IMG/VR virus record: IMGVR_UViG_3300034150_000057
Location: 1-38,398 of that record
Source: a virus
DNA: 38,398 nt
Reading direction: 5' to 3' (one strand)
The notes beneath the pieces were generated by a model. The model saw only the letters and a list, made by a program, of their open reading frames with translations. It had not been told where the DNA came from and made no database searches. The translations under genes and the position numbers were made by a program. Below, one piece after another: positions 21,067 through 30,382 of the stretch (positions are counted from its first letter, which is position 1; every line of letters starts with the position of its first letter).

Positions 21067-21378
21067 TCAGCCCTCCTCGGTGAGTGGATGCACTTGAGGA
21101 TCGCCATGCCGCTTCAGCTCCTCGTGTGCGTGCAACTCGTCGTGAAGAAGCTGGTCACTGCGCTCGGATGCCTCGGCGAGCGCCAGGCCCTCCGCCTGAA
21201 CCTGCTCAGTAGTTAAGAACTCCGGACAGCCGCACCGCCGCAATTGGTCCTGCTCACCGAGGCGCTGCGTGCAGGGAGCATGCCAACGCCGCTGGTGCAG
21301 GCAATACGAACGAGCACAAACGTCGTAGCCACGAACGAGCAGGGTCGGATCATCGCTAGCCGTCGGTCCCAGTGTCAT
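21067..21378 (-). CDS. Hypothetical Cys-rich protein (103 aa)
   Basis: ATGA-coupled start. Six Cys in the first 52 aa (CARSYC...C...CGC), then a charged helical tail. Confidence 0.55.
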   Translation of the reverse strand: MTLGPTASDDPTLLVRGYDVCARSYCLHQRRWHAPCTQRLGEQDQLRRCGCPEFLTTEQVQAEGLALAEASERSDQLLHDELHAHEELKRHGDPQVHPLTEEG

Positions 21379-21845
21379 GTCGGCAACTCCACCATGATTA
21401 CGTCGCCCCCGGCGAATACGATCTGCGGATCACCTGTGTCGCCGTTCGTCATTGGTTCCCAGCGCGTCGTGAGATCGCTTGCGGAAAGCGCAGACCAAGC
21501 CGCAGCGAGTGCGCCAGTAGAACGAAGAACCTTGCCTGCCACGCCAGGCGTTCCGGTCACGGTTGTGCCGTTGATCTTCGCGACAGTCGGATTTGGATAC
21601 GTCCCCGAGAGGTCGCCGCCAGCCGGCCCCGCTGCCGTGATCGGCTGAACCTGCCAGGTCACGCCGTCGAATACAAGCGACTCGCCAGCGCCAGGCGTGC
21701 CAGCCTCAATCGGATAGCCCTTGATACCTTCGACGGTCGGAGCGGGAAGTGAACCACCGAGATCGCCGTTGGCCGGCGAACCTGGAACCAGGCCGCCACC
21801 TCCGAGGTCCGAACTGTAAACCTCGTCGGTCTTCGCGATCTTCAT
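21375..21845 (-). CDS. Minor tail protein with duplicated GDLxGxxPxPTV motif
   Basis: The internal ATG at 21845 forms an ATGA overlap with the upstream stop. It contains GDLGGSLPAPTVEGIKG and GDLSGTYPNPTVAKING, a motif I recognise from actinobacteriophage minor tail proteins. Confidence 0.65.
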   Translation of the reverse strand: MKIAKTDEVYSSDLGGGGLVPGSPANGDLGGSLPAPTVEGIKGYPIEAGTPGAGESLVFDGVTWQVQPITAAGPAGGDLSGTYPNPTVAKINGTTVTGTPGVAGKVLRSTGALAAAWSALSASDLTTRWEPMTNGDTGDPQIVFAGGDVIMVELPT

Positions 21846-23878
21846 GCCGACTGGTTCCCAGGATACGGGATATCGGGAAGCTCCACGCCAGGCGGAAGCG
21901 CGATGACCAGGCCGCACCAATTGAGCGAGCTGTACGCCGCGTGCGGGGTGAGCGAGGCCTGCGCGACGCCGCCGGTCGGGAGCTGTTGAATTTGCGCCCA
22001 GTAATCCGAATTGTCATCGGCCATCGCCGCGCTGCCCGACCAATTGGACTCGCCGTAATTCACAACCTGGGTCCGAACTGCATCGTCTCGAATCTTGATA
22101 GCGTCAGGTTCACCGATGGCGTTGCTCGCCGCAACCGGCGCAACGATGGAACCATGCCCAGCGCCCAGGACGTAGGCGAACGCTGCCAGGGCGTTGCCAG
22201 CAATCGAAGGCAGTGCCTGGATGCATGCCGATGGAGCGGCCGGGTTATTGCCGTCCGCCTCGAAATACGTGCCGCTTGGAGGGATGGTCGTCGGGAGTTC
22301 CCAGAGATACGTGATGCTGGACGAATTGAGTAGCTCAGTCGAGAATTGCGTTGGTTGAGTTGTGACCTCGCCAGGCTGAACATAACGCCAGGCTGCGGCG
22401 ACAAGCTGGCCCGATGTGCAAACCCCGGCGCCACCATGGAACGGGCCGGCGTAGCCCATGCCACACGGCCCTCCGATGTTCTGGCCGGAGTAATCCGTCG
22501 TGGCCTTACCAATTACGGTCCAGCCATCAGCTGTCGGGAATGGCAAAACCTCGGGCGGTGCCGGCGATACATTCGGCCCGTCCTTTGCACGAAACTGCGT
22601 CGGGAACCGAGTCGTGTTGCCCTGGGCAAACATCAACGCGAGGAGCACGTTGCCCGGCGTCGTTGGCCGCGGCAAAGTCGGAATACCCGAATAAGCCACG
22701 CCTTCCTTCTGGTAATGCGTCGCGCCGGAAGGTGTACCCAGGAGCGGAGTGCATTCGTATCGAACCGTGTAAATTTCGTCAGACTCAAGCTCCTGGCTGA
22801 CAGTCCGGCGAATTGCCCGCACGTACCGATACTCGGTATCGAAGCCAGGGAGATGAACAAGCTTGACCTGAGCGGCTTCGCCTTCGCGCCAGTCGTTGAC
22901 GTGCGCTCGAGGAAGATCAAGCGTGAGCGTGAGCGTCTCGTCTTCCGAAGAATTCTCGGTGAGAAAGCGATCAGCGCGAGCTGTCGCCTTCGCCTCGGTC
23001 TTGACGTTCACGCTGGGAGCTGCAACATCCCGCCAGCCAAATCTCGCGACCGTATCCAAACCGAGGTCATCGGCCGTCCGATAAACCGAGCCGCCGGCGT
23101 AGGGCATCAGAACCCCGGCCGCGACACGCGAAGGGTCACGAGTCAATTCAGAATCCAGGCGCGGTGCGAATGTCGTCACGTTGTCAATTTCGGCGAAGAC
23201 ATTCGAGACGCGGAGATCTGACAAATAGACAGGCCGAACGTTGAATTCGTAGAAGAGCTGGAAGTGCCCGGTCGTTTCGTTGTAGACCACAAAGTGGTTG
23301 CGACCCGACTGCTGCGAGCAATCGTTGAGCAAGTCTGCCGGCCGCTGGCCGCGGTAATCAACGGCGTCCATATCGACCCCGCCGGAACTCGCAACCAGGC
23401 CTTCGTCGAATAGCGAGTCGTCCATGATCGAATCGCCCAGGAGCCAGGCGATCCGCTCGAGGTCTGTCTCGGCCGGCCGGTTCGCACCTTCTTCGGTGAA
23501 GATGCGGAACGAGAGGAATGAGTTGAGATCAACTAGCGTGGCGTCGATTCGCCGAGCTGAGCCCATGAACAGCGAGTCATTGCTGCCGCGAGCATATCGC
23601 CGGTCCCCGGTATATCCCGTCCAGATACGGCGACGCCCGACCGGGCATGCAGACTCGGTGATCGCAACTTGCTTGAGCCCGCCGATCGCATCACCGTCGT
23701 GCCCGACGTTCGCCGCCGGATCATCCAGCTGAAGCGAGGAAATCCCGACCGCTCCGAGCTGCGCCTCGACAATGACCGGTCCGAGCCGGCCCAGCCGAAC
23801 AACAGCCTGGCCGAGGTTTTCCGACCAGCCCGGCGCGGACGGCGTGGTCGGACTGTAATACGTGAAAGTGAGCGTCAC
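21842..23878 (-). CDS. Large minor tail protein (678 aa; distal tail / baseplate-hub candidate)
   Basis: Directly downstream of the tape measure (GTGA overlap). Its size and position fit Dit/Tal-type proteins; no catalytic motif was recognised. Confidence 0.65.
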   Translation of the reverse strand: MTLTFTYYSPTTPSAPGWSENLGQAVVRLGRLGPVIVEAQLGAVGISSLQLDDPAANVGHDGDAIGGLKQVAITESACPVGRRRIWTGYTGDRRYARGSNDSLFMGSARRIDATLVDLNSFLSFRIFTEEGANRPAETDLERIAWLLGDSIMDDSLFDEGLVASSGGVDMDAVDYRGQRPADLLNDCSQQSGRNHFVVYNETTGHFQLFYEFNVRPVYLSDLRVSNVFAEIDNVTTFAPRLDSELTRDPSRVAAGVLMPYAGGSVYRTADDLGLDTVARFGWRDVAAPSVNVKTEAKATARADRFLTENSSEDETLTLTLDLPRAHVNDWREGEAAQVKLVHLPGFDTEYRYVRAIRRTVSQELESDEIYTVRYECTPLLGTPSGATHYQKEGVAYSGIPTLPRPTTPGNVLLALMFAQGNTTRFPTQFRAKDGPNVSPAPPEVLPFPTADGWTVIGKATTDYSGQNIGGPCGMGYAGPFHGGAGVCTSGQLVAAAWRYVQPGEVTTQPTQFSTELLNSSSITYLWELPTTIPPSGTYFEADGNNPAAPSACIQALPSIAGNALAAFAYVLGAGHGSIVAPVAASNAIGEPDAIKIRDDAVRTQVVNYGESNWSGSAAMADDNSDYWAQIQQLPTGGVAQASLTPHAAYSSLNWCGLVIALPPGVELPDIPYPGNQSA

Positions 23879-25596
23879 TTCGCACCAGCCGTAGCAGGCG
23901 TCGGCCCGTAACGAAGCTGGCTCTTGGCTGACGAGCTGTTCTGGCGATGGTCAGTATTCGCGTTGAGAACGATGTTGACCTCGCGATTGCCACGCCTGGC
24001 GCCCTCGCCCTTAGCGCCAGGGGTTCGGATAGCCGAACCGCCGCGAGTAGAACGCGGCTGAGACGGAGCGCCTGGGATCGGCGAGTCACGAGTCTCACCT
24101 GCCCGGAAGGACTGGTAGACCGGGGACTGCATGATGACGTCAAATTGCTTCGCGACGATCGCCTGGCGAATTGCCTCGAGCCGCGCGATCGCGTCGCCCT
24201 GGACGAGAACATGAAGCGGGTTCGAGCGAATATCCCGGAGACCCTGGTCGACGGCACTCAGGCCGCGATCAAGATCACTGGCCGACGGCATCCCGCGAAG
24301 CCAACGAATTGAGTCTTCGTGAAGGCCCTTCGCCTGCTCATTCGTTCGGCCCTGGATTTCCTGCTGAGCCGCGATGACGGCGAGCGGTGCTGCGACCATA
24401 CCGATCAGGCCAAGCGCGGTACCAAGCTTGCCGCCTCCGCCCACGGCGGCAGCACCTCCGCCGACGCCTGGCAAACCAACTTCCTTGGTGTACATCGGCG
24501 TGGCCGGCGAGCCGCCGCGGGAGAACAAACCTGTGACCGCCTTGCGAGTCAGGTCGAGCGGATCGAACCCGATCGTCATCTTGAGCGCCTTGTTCGCGAC
24601 AAGGCCGGTGATCAGGAGCTGGCGCAATTCAGGTGGGATCGAATTCCAGGCACCGGCCAGCTTGCTAAAGGCGGGGATCACGTATTCCTTGAACGCCTGG
24701 CCAATGTCCTCGGCAAATTCCGCCATGCTGGAGAACAGGTCGACGATCTGCTTCTGGTTCTTCGAGACAAACGAATTGAGAGCACGGGTAATGCGGATCA
24801 GCGCCGGCATAACTGCGACGCCGATGAGAACCTGGGTATCCCCGAGCGTGTCGTTGAACTCGCGCTGGCTGGAACGAAGCGCCGCCATATTCTTGATCTG
24901 CTGCGGCGTCAGCTTCAGGGCCGTATCGAATTGCTTCTGGATGCCCTCCTCACCGGCAGACAGAAGCGGGATCAGCGTCTTCCAGCCGCGCCCGTACAGC
25001 TTCTGCATCAACGTGGCCTTCTGGCCAGCCGTCGCATTCGACGTGAAGTATTTCGCAGAAGCCTTGAGCAACGCGTTCGTACCGAGAATCTTGCCCTTGC
25101 TATCGGTCAGCGAGAAGCCATAATCTTTCTGGAATTTCGCTGCCTTCTTGCTGGTGCCGGCGAGCGTCTGTGTGTTCTTGGCGAGCAAGGCCATCGTCGT
25201 GATGGCCTTGTCGCCCTCCATCCCATATTTGCCCAGCACGTCAACGAGTACGGACGCGCTCTCGATTGTCTGCCCGGTCACGCGCGCCAGGTCCTGGGAA
25301 GCCGCGCCCATTTCCTCGGCCGCGTTCACGCTCGACTTGAAGACGGACACGACGCTGGCAATGCCGGCCGTCACGCCAACCAACTTGAGCGCGTTCCCGG
25401 CCATGCTCTTCATGTTCCGGCCGAAATTGCTACCAGCCGTCTTGGTCGCTGAACCTAGCTTGCTGATGCCCGTGGTGGTGGCACTGACCCGGCGGTCAAG
25501 CGTAGTCAGCGAATTACCGGCGGCCTTAGCCGGCCCGGACATTTGATCCTTGAGCTTGAGCCTGACGAGCAGCTCAGCGGTTTCCGCCATTGGCAT
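23875..25596 (-). CDS. Tape measure protein (573 aa)
   Basis: It follows the G/GT chaperone pair. The protein is Ala/Gly/Lys-rich and helical, with hydrophobic central segments (VGGGAAAVGGGGKLGTALGLIGMVAAPLAVIAA). Its length predicts a short tail of roughly 85 nm at about 0.15 nm per residue. Confidence 0.85.
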   Translation of the reverse strand: MPMAETAELLVRLKLKDQMSGPAKAAGNSLTTLDRRVSATTTGISKLGSATKTAGSNFGRNMKSMAGNALKLVGVTAGIASVVSVFKSSVNAAEEMGAASQDLARVTGQTIESASVLVDVLGKYGMEGDKAITTMALLAKNTQTLAGTSKKAAKFQKDYGFSLTDSKGKILGTNALLKASAKYFTSNATAGQKATLMQKLYGRGWKTLIPLLSAGEEGIQKQFDTALKLTPQQIKNMAALRSSQREFNDTLGDTQVLIGVAVMPALIRITRALNSFVSKNQKQIVDLFSSMAEFAEDIGQAFKEYVIPAFSKLAGAWNSIPPELRQLLITGLVANKALKMTIGFDPLDLTRKAVTGLFSRGGSPATPMYTKEVGLPGVGGGAAAVGGGGKLGTALGLIGMVAAPLAVIAAQQEIQGRTNEQAKGLHEDSIRWLRGMPSASDLDRGLSAVDQGLRDIRSNPLHVLVQGDAIARLEAIRQAIVAKQFDVIMQSPVYQSFRAGETRDSPIPGAPSQPRSTRGGSAIRTPGAKGEGARRGNREVNIVLNANTDHRQNSSSAKSQLRYGPTPATAGAK

Positions 25597-26228
25597 TTAG
25601 CGGCCACCCTTCTTCAGCACGCCGAGCGCACGCGCCATCGCCTCATCCTCGGCATCCGCGGCGCGTTGAGCCGCCAGGCCGGGACCCTGTTCTGCGATGA
25701 TCTGAAATGCGTGCATGGCTAGCCGCCAGTCTCCGGTAAGGGCGTCGAATCCACCGGATCGAAGAGCGAGGATTGCGATGGCGAGTTCAGGCTCGTGGGC
25801 CCAGACAATGGGTTCGGAGACGTCGAGTCGGTCTGCGGCGTAAGCGGCGGCGTACTCGACGGCTCGCGGTCCAAAGGGCCGAATACCGCTTCGGTGTACA
25901 AGTCTGCTGCGGCATCCGCGACCTCCTTCCCACCGGTATCCCAATCCAGCTGCCGCTCAATTTCGGCGAAGGTCAGCGGAATTGGCTTGCCCTGGTTGTC
26001 AACGAATGACCAGGCCTCAACCCCGTGGCGCATGAACGCCAGGCCTACATCCGCCGCCATCTCGCCGACGTCATTCGCCGCGGCCGCAGCACCTTGTGCC
26101 GCCAGGCCTAAACGAAGGCTGGGCTTCGGCCGCAATTCGACCCAGTCACCATCAGTGTGGGGACTGCCGGAGCAGCGGCAAATCCCCACATTCACGCGAA
26201 CCGGCTGCTCCCGGTTCGCGCCCGTCAC
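25597..26228 (-). CDS. Tail assembly chaperone G-T fusion produced by -1 programmed frameshift (about 210 aa)
   Basis: The 0 frame (25719..26228) and the -1 frame (open to 25597) overlap. The slippery heptamer CCCTTTG is at 25878..25872. The fusion would read ...EAVFGPL/GPRAVEYAAAY... The T-frame stop TAA abuts the tape-measure ATG. Confidence 0.7.
25719..26228 (-). CDS. Tail assembly chaperone (G product, 169 aa)
   Basis: It lies between the major tail and tape measure genes. The N-terminal ICRCSGSPHTDGDWVELRP resembles actinophage chaperones. The GTG start overlaps the major tail protein stop (GTGA). Confidence 0.75.
   Translation of the reverse strand: MTGANREQPVRVNVGICRCSGSPHTDGDWVELRPKPSLRLGLAAQGAAAAANDVGEMAADVGLAFMRHGVEAWSFVDNQGKPIPLTFAEIERQLDWDTGGKEVADAAADLYTEAVFGPLDREPSSTPPLTPQTDSTSPNPLSGPTSLNSPSQSSLFDPVDSTPLPETGG
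25872..25878 (-). other. -1 ribosomal frameshift slippery heptamer C CCT TTG (X XXY YYZ)
   Basis: Minus-strand codons GGC CCT TTG GAC are in the G frame. Slipping back 1 nt gives CCC TTT GGA CCG, which is exactly the frame of track ORF 25597..25944. Confidence 0.6.
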
Positions 26229-27241
26229 AGCGCAGCGAGCGTGTTGACGATGGTGTTGCGGATCGCAAATCCCAGGGTGGTGTCGTAAACCACGCGATAA
26301 GTGAGCGTGATCGTGGAGTTGCCACCAATCTCGCCGTCTGCCCGGGACATGAGCCTGGCCGCCGCCTGGCTGGTGAGCGAGTACGGCGTGGAACCCGTGA
26401 TGATCTCGGGGCTGATGAAGCGGCCTTCCAGGAAACGAAGCGGAACCGGATCGTCGTCGAGCGTGGCCGCTTCCGCCATGCTGTCCGCGGTCTTGGCCAC
26501 CTGGATTGCGATCTCAATGGTCCGCTCACCACGGCCATACCCGGCCAGCTTGAACCGAGTGTTGGAACCGTTGGCGAACCTCTTGCGGTCGAGGTTGTTC
26601 TGCCAGTTCACCGACCAGGTGTGGATCGCGTCCACCCACTTGGAACCGCCGATCCCACCGGCCGTGGTGTCGAGGAAGAACTCGAAGTCGGCGCCGTACA
26701 CCCAATTCGGTTCCGAATCCACGGAGAGGCCTGGCGTTCGCGCTTGCGCCATCTGCGCATCGGCGTATACCAACTGGGCATCCAGATCGACGGCCGCGAG
26801 GGTTTCATCGAAGCCGAAGGTATATGAGTCGATGACACCACCGACGCCTCGCAGGCCGTCGCTTGCATGCGTGTCATCACCCCACTCGTCGGTGAGGTAC
26901 TCGAAGTCATCGGCCACGAGCGATGCGTAATCGAAAACCCACGTCTTCGCCGTCGCTCCGCTCGCGACTTCCCCACCTTTGCCGGCCGCCGCGAAGATGT
27001 ACGGCGTGTCGTCATATGCGACCTTGCCGGTCCAGTTTGACGTGATCTCCTTCGCGCCCGAGAACGGCGCCATCGTCGGATCCAGCGAACCCGTATCCAC
27101 CTCGGGAAATTCGCGGTTCGGCTGAATTTCGATGGGTCCCCGGTACGGCAGGACGCGGGTGGCCGGGACGGCGGTCAGCAGCGCCGTTTGCTTTCCGATC
27201 TGATGCTTGCGAAAGCGGGTGTTACCGGCGATCGGGCTCAC
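26225..27241 (-). CDS. Major tail (tube) protein
   Basis: 338 aa. GAGGAG SD 8 nt before the GTG at 27241. It is in the canonical position between the tail terminator and the chaperones. Confidence 0.75.
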   Translation of the reverse strand: MSPIAGNTRFRKHQIGKQTALLTAVPATRVLPYRGPIEIQPNREFPEVDTGSLDPTMAPFSGAKEITSNWTGKVAYDDTPYIFAAAGKGGEVASGATAKTWVFDYASLVADDFEYLTDEWGDDTHASDGLRGVGGVIDSYTFGFDETLAAVDLDAQLVYADAQMAQARTPGLSVDSEPNWVYGADFEFFLDTTAGGIGGSKWVDAIHTWSVNWQNNLDRKRFANGSNTRFKLAGYGRGERTIEIAIQVAKTADSMAEAATLDDDPVPLRFLEGRFISPEIITGSTPYSLTSQAAARLMSRADGEIGGNSTITLTYRVVYDTTLGFAIRNTIVNTLAAL

Positions 27242-27281
27242 AGCTCGTTCTCCTCAGGTGCAATTCGCCAAGTGCTGTTTG

Positions 27282-27725
27282 CTAGTTGCGACCTTCCATG
27301 ATGACAAGCTCGCCGAATGTTATCGTGGCCGAAGGGTACACGTTCACTCCAGCCTGACCTTCAATGCTGATCTCCCCATCACGCACCGACGTGATCGTGA
27401 GCACGGCGCCAGGCACCGCGTGTGGGCTGGCGGTGAAGGCGTCGACCAGGCCGTCGATCAATTCGTCGAAACGGTTGTGGTTCGTCGGGGAATCGTGGAA
27501 GTTGTCCACGACGACGACGGTGGCGCCGGCGAAGGTTCGCTGCCGAGTTCCCGACGTGTGGATGATTTCCTCATCCAGGAAACCGAGATATGCCACTGGC
27601 ACCTCGGCGAACCCGCCAGGCCGTTTGGAAAGCACCCGCCGAAGCTTCGTCGGATTCGCTACACGGTATGCATTCAGGACTGAAAGGATCCCGTCCACCA
27701 CGTCGGCTCGAGCGGTCGTCGGCAT
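27282..27725 (-). CDS. Tail terminator / tail completion protein
   Basis: 147 aa, immediately upstream of the major tail protein. The size and position are typical of gpU/gp17-like proteins. Confidence 0.55.
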   Translation of the reverse strand: MPTTARADVVDGILSVLNAYRVANPTKLRRVLSKRPGGFAEVPVAYLGFLDEEIIHTSGTRQRTFAGATVVVVDNFHDSPTNHNRFDELIDGLVDAFTASPHAVPGAVLTITSVRDGEISIEGQAGVNVYPSATITFGELVIMEGRN

Positions 27726-27728
27726 GGC

Positions 27729-28193
27729 TCAGTCCGCCTTATTCCAAAGGTTGATGATTTCGACGCGAATGCCCGATTTGTACAACGCCTTGTCCACTGA
27801 TCGCTTGATGAACGGCTGGGCTCGCGTGCCGGGGTGATGGACAACCTTGGCGAAGGTATGCGGCTGGCCGGCCCGCGCTCGCCCGGCTAGCGTGACCTTC
27901 GCTCCCTTCGCCGGGAACCGAAGCATCTTCTTCCGGACTGGATGAATGTCGTGCTGGCGAGTTCCCTCGTCCAAGTAGATCACAACTGGCGATCCACGAA
28001 CTTCGGCGAAATCCTGGGTAATTCGGCCAAGCGAAATGGTCCGGCTGGTTGACGACGTCTTGCGTGGGATGTTGCGCTTCATCTCGGCGATGGTGCGAAT
28101 TCCAAGGTTCCTCATGAACTTGGTGGAACCGGCATCCATCGTCAGCGCGCCGAGCCGCCGATGCAGGCCCTCGGCACCCTCGAGGTCAGCCAA
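27729..28193 (-). CDS. HK97 gp10-like head-tail joining protein
   Basis: The TTG at 28193 overlaps the upstream stop (TTGGCTGA); an alternative ATG is at 28139. STKFMRNLGIRTIAEMKRNIPRKT...GRI fits the gp10-family pattern. Confidence 0.55.
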   Translation of the reverse strand: MADLEGAEGLHRRLGALTMDAGSTKFMRNLGIRTIAEMKRNIPRKTSSTSRTISLGRITQDFAEVRGSPVVIYLDEGTRQHDIHPVRKKMLRFPAKGAKVTLAGRARAGQPHTFAKVVHHPGTRAQPFIKRSVDKALYKSGIRVEIINLWNKAD

Positions 28194-28872
28194 CGGAAAT
28201 GACCTGCTGGCCGATCCGCCAGAGTTCGATGAATGACTTGACCTCGAGCGGCCAGGCGGACATGTCGAATACGTTGCCGGCCGGCGTCGCGATGGCCCCG
28301 GCGAGTAGCGCACCCGTCGGCCGCAAGGTCAGGAAACCGGCGAGCGCCTTCGTTGCCAGGCGCACCGGTTCCGGCAAGTCCGCGTCCAGGAAACCACCGT
28401 CACCGGTGAGCACGAGATCGCCAGGCAGCGAACCTCCGCTGCCGCCCCAATTGCCAGGCCACCGCGGAGAATCCAGGTTGCGGTCAAACCAGTCCGAATA
28501 GTGGAGCCACGACGGGCCGTCCGAGCGCGAGCCGTACGCCCGAAATTGGATGCCCAGGATAAGCCCCGTTCCGGAGGGGTCGGGCTGGAGCCAATAGCCT
28601 TGCTCGGCCACGAGCGCGGACCCCGCCAGGACCACGCTTGCCAGGCTCCGAAAACCTGGAAGCGGAACCGAAGCTGCGCCCTCGGTTGTCACCGTGAACG
28701 TGGCCGCCGGCCGATCGTGGAAGAAACGCCCGGTGGCGCGCTCCAGCATATACGACGCGGCTCGAAGATTTGAGGTGAGGATGCCCGAGGAATACTTGCT
28801 CTCCGCCGCAACCGGATCCAGGTCCATGTATTCGCGGAGCTGCTCTTCCGTGGCGAACATTGGCGTCGTCAT
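28186..28872 (-). CDS. Head-tail adaptor / connector protein (gp6/gp15-like)
   Basis: The N-terminus FATEEQLREYMDLD...SSGILTSNLRAASYMLERATGR is typical of head-tail connector proteins. ATGA-coupled to the upstream glycosyltransferase. Confidence 0.6.
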   Translation of the reverse strand: MTTPMFATEEQLREYMDLDPVAAESKYSSGILTSNLRAASYMLERATGRFFHDRPAATFTVTTEGAASVPLPGFRSLASVVLAGSALVAEQGYWLQPDPSGTGLILGIQFRAYGSRSDGPSWLHYSDWFDRNLDSPRWPGNWGGSGGSLPGDLVLTGDGGFLDADLPEPVRLATKALAGFLTLRPTGALLAGAIATPAGNVFDMSAWPLEVKSFIELWRIGQQVISVG

Positions 28873-30065
28873 ATCGAACTCTCCAAGTAGCTCGCCAGTT
28901 TCCCAGCCTCAACAGGCCAGGAAAATTTCGTTCGCACCTGCGTCACCGCCTGCGCCGCCATGAGCCCGCGCTCTCGAGGAGAATCCAGCATCTCCCCGAC
29001 AGCATTACCGAACTGGTCTTCATCAACGGCGCACCAGAAGTGCCCATACTCGTTGTCAATCAATTCGACCGGCACCACAACGCCGGCCTTCCCGATCACC
29101 TCGGGAACCGCCGAGTAATTCGCACCGACAGCCGGCACTCCGCAGGCAAGCGCCTCTGCGATCGTCAAACCAAATCCTTCAGCTGACGTTGAAGCATACA
29201 CGTCGGCCATATTGTACAGGGCGCAGAGCGTGGGCCGGTCAAGTAGAAATCCACGATCGTGGTACCCGGTGTTCACCATCTGCTGCGAGATAGCCGGCGG
29301 AAAGTGCGAGTGCAAATCTCGCAAGTCTCCACCCGGGTCTGAGCTTCGGCAGTGCATGACGAGCAGGACGTCCGGCCTGGCGAGCAGCACCGGTGCCATT
29401 GCCCGCATCAACGAGGCGTATCGCTTGCGCGGCCAGTTGGCGTCGGTCCTGAGAACCACGCGCGCCTTGGGGTCAACGTGAAAGTATTCCCTGGCCTCGG
29501 CCTTGGATCGGATCACCGTCGAACCCAGGCGAATCGGCCGCGTTGCCGTGGCCGGGTAGAAATCCTGGCTCACGCCGTGGTAGATCACCGGCGGCCGTGA
29601 ACCCATGATCTTCTGGATCTCATCCGCACCGAATTCCGACATGGCGATCGGGCGAACGAATGACCAGAGCTTTGCCCATGCTGGCGGCAAGCCGATGCCT
29701 TCGACGGGAACGTAGTGGAACGTTGGGATTCGACGGAACATTTCCTCGCCGGCCTCATCCATGAAGACCAGCAAACGAGCAGCGTAGAAATCTCCGAGCA
29801 AGACGATAGCCTCGGGTTCCCAGGCGTCCGGCCAGGCACCGGCTTCCACGATCTTGGCCGGGCTGAAATCCCCCGCCGCCAGCCATCCCTCCCGGCGTTC
29901 GCTCAAGCTGAGCGTCCGCGATGCGAATGGTTCCGCCAGGTCACCCAATTCGTTTTGAGAAACGAACCTCACGTCGTGGCCGAGCGCGAGCAGCTCCCGC
30001 CCCATGTCCATCGTCACGGTACCGAACCCGGTCCCCGCCAGGTCACCGAAGAACAGGAGTTTCAC
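28869..30065 (-). CDS. GT-B fold glycosyltransferase (GT4/Glycos_transf_1-like)
   Basis: 398 aa. The C-terminal signature STSAEGFGLTIAEALACGVPAVGANYSAVPEVIG is the EX7E-type motif of GT4 enzymes. The GTG start overlaps the upstream stop (GTGA). Confidence 0.8.
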   Translation of the reverse strand: MKLLFFGDLAGTGFGTVTMDMGRELLALGHDVRFVSQNELGDLAEPFASRTLSLSERREGWLAAGDFSPAKIVEAGAWPDAWEPEAIVLLGDFYAARLLVFMDEAGEEMFRRIPTFHYVPVEGIGLPPAWAKLWSFVRPIAMSEFGADEIQKIMGSRPPVIYHGVSQDFYPATATRPIRLGSTVIRSKAEAREYFHVDPKARVVLRTDANWPRKRYASLMRAMAPVLLARPDVLLVMHCRSSDPGGDLRDLHSHFPPAISQQMVNTGYHDRGFLLDRPTLCALYNMADVYASTSAEGFGLTIAEALACGVPAVGANYSAVPEVIGKAGVVVPVELIDNEYGHFWCAVDEDQFGNAVGEMLDSPRERGLMAAQAVTQVRTKFSWPVEAGKLASYLESSI

Positions 30066-30382
30066 AAGACCAGGCGCGAACGAATCTCGGCGCGCTTCGC
30101 AGCCTCTGGATCCGTCGGAACCGCGCTCGCTTTGGCGGCCAAGTCTGGGATCGCCTTGACAAGTCTCAACGCCTCGAGGGGCGTCATCCCAGCCGGCAAG
30201 ATCACCACCGCATACCGGCCGTGAGAAACGACCACGTTGAACTGGAGCGCAGCCGGAGGAGCAGAATACTCCTCTGCCGGCGAAGTGCCGGCACGGTCGC
30301 CCGGTGCTTCCCGTGGGAGATCCGGATCGTGCTCCTCCTGGGCATCGACCTGCCTGGCCACAGCCGTCGCCAGGTCATCCAC
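30062..30382 (-). CDS. Hypothetical protein between the two glycosyltransferases (106 aa)
   Basis: The GTG at 30382 overlaps the GT2 stop (GTGGATGA). In frame with track ORF 30062..30463. Acidic/Pro-rich N-half. Confidence 0.5.
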   Translation of the reverse strand: MDDLATAVARQVDAQEEHDPDLPREAPGDRAGTSPAEEYSAPPAALQFNVVVSHGRYAVVILPAGMTPLEALRLVKAIPDLAAKASAVPTDPEAAKRAEIRSRLVL

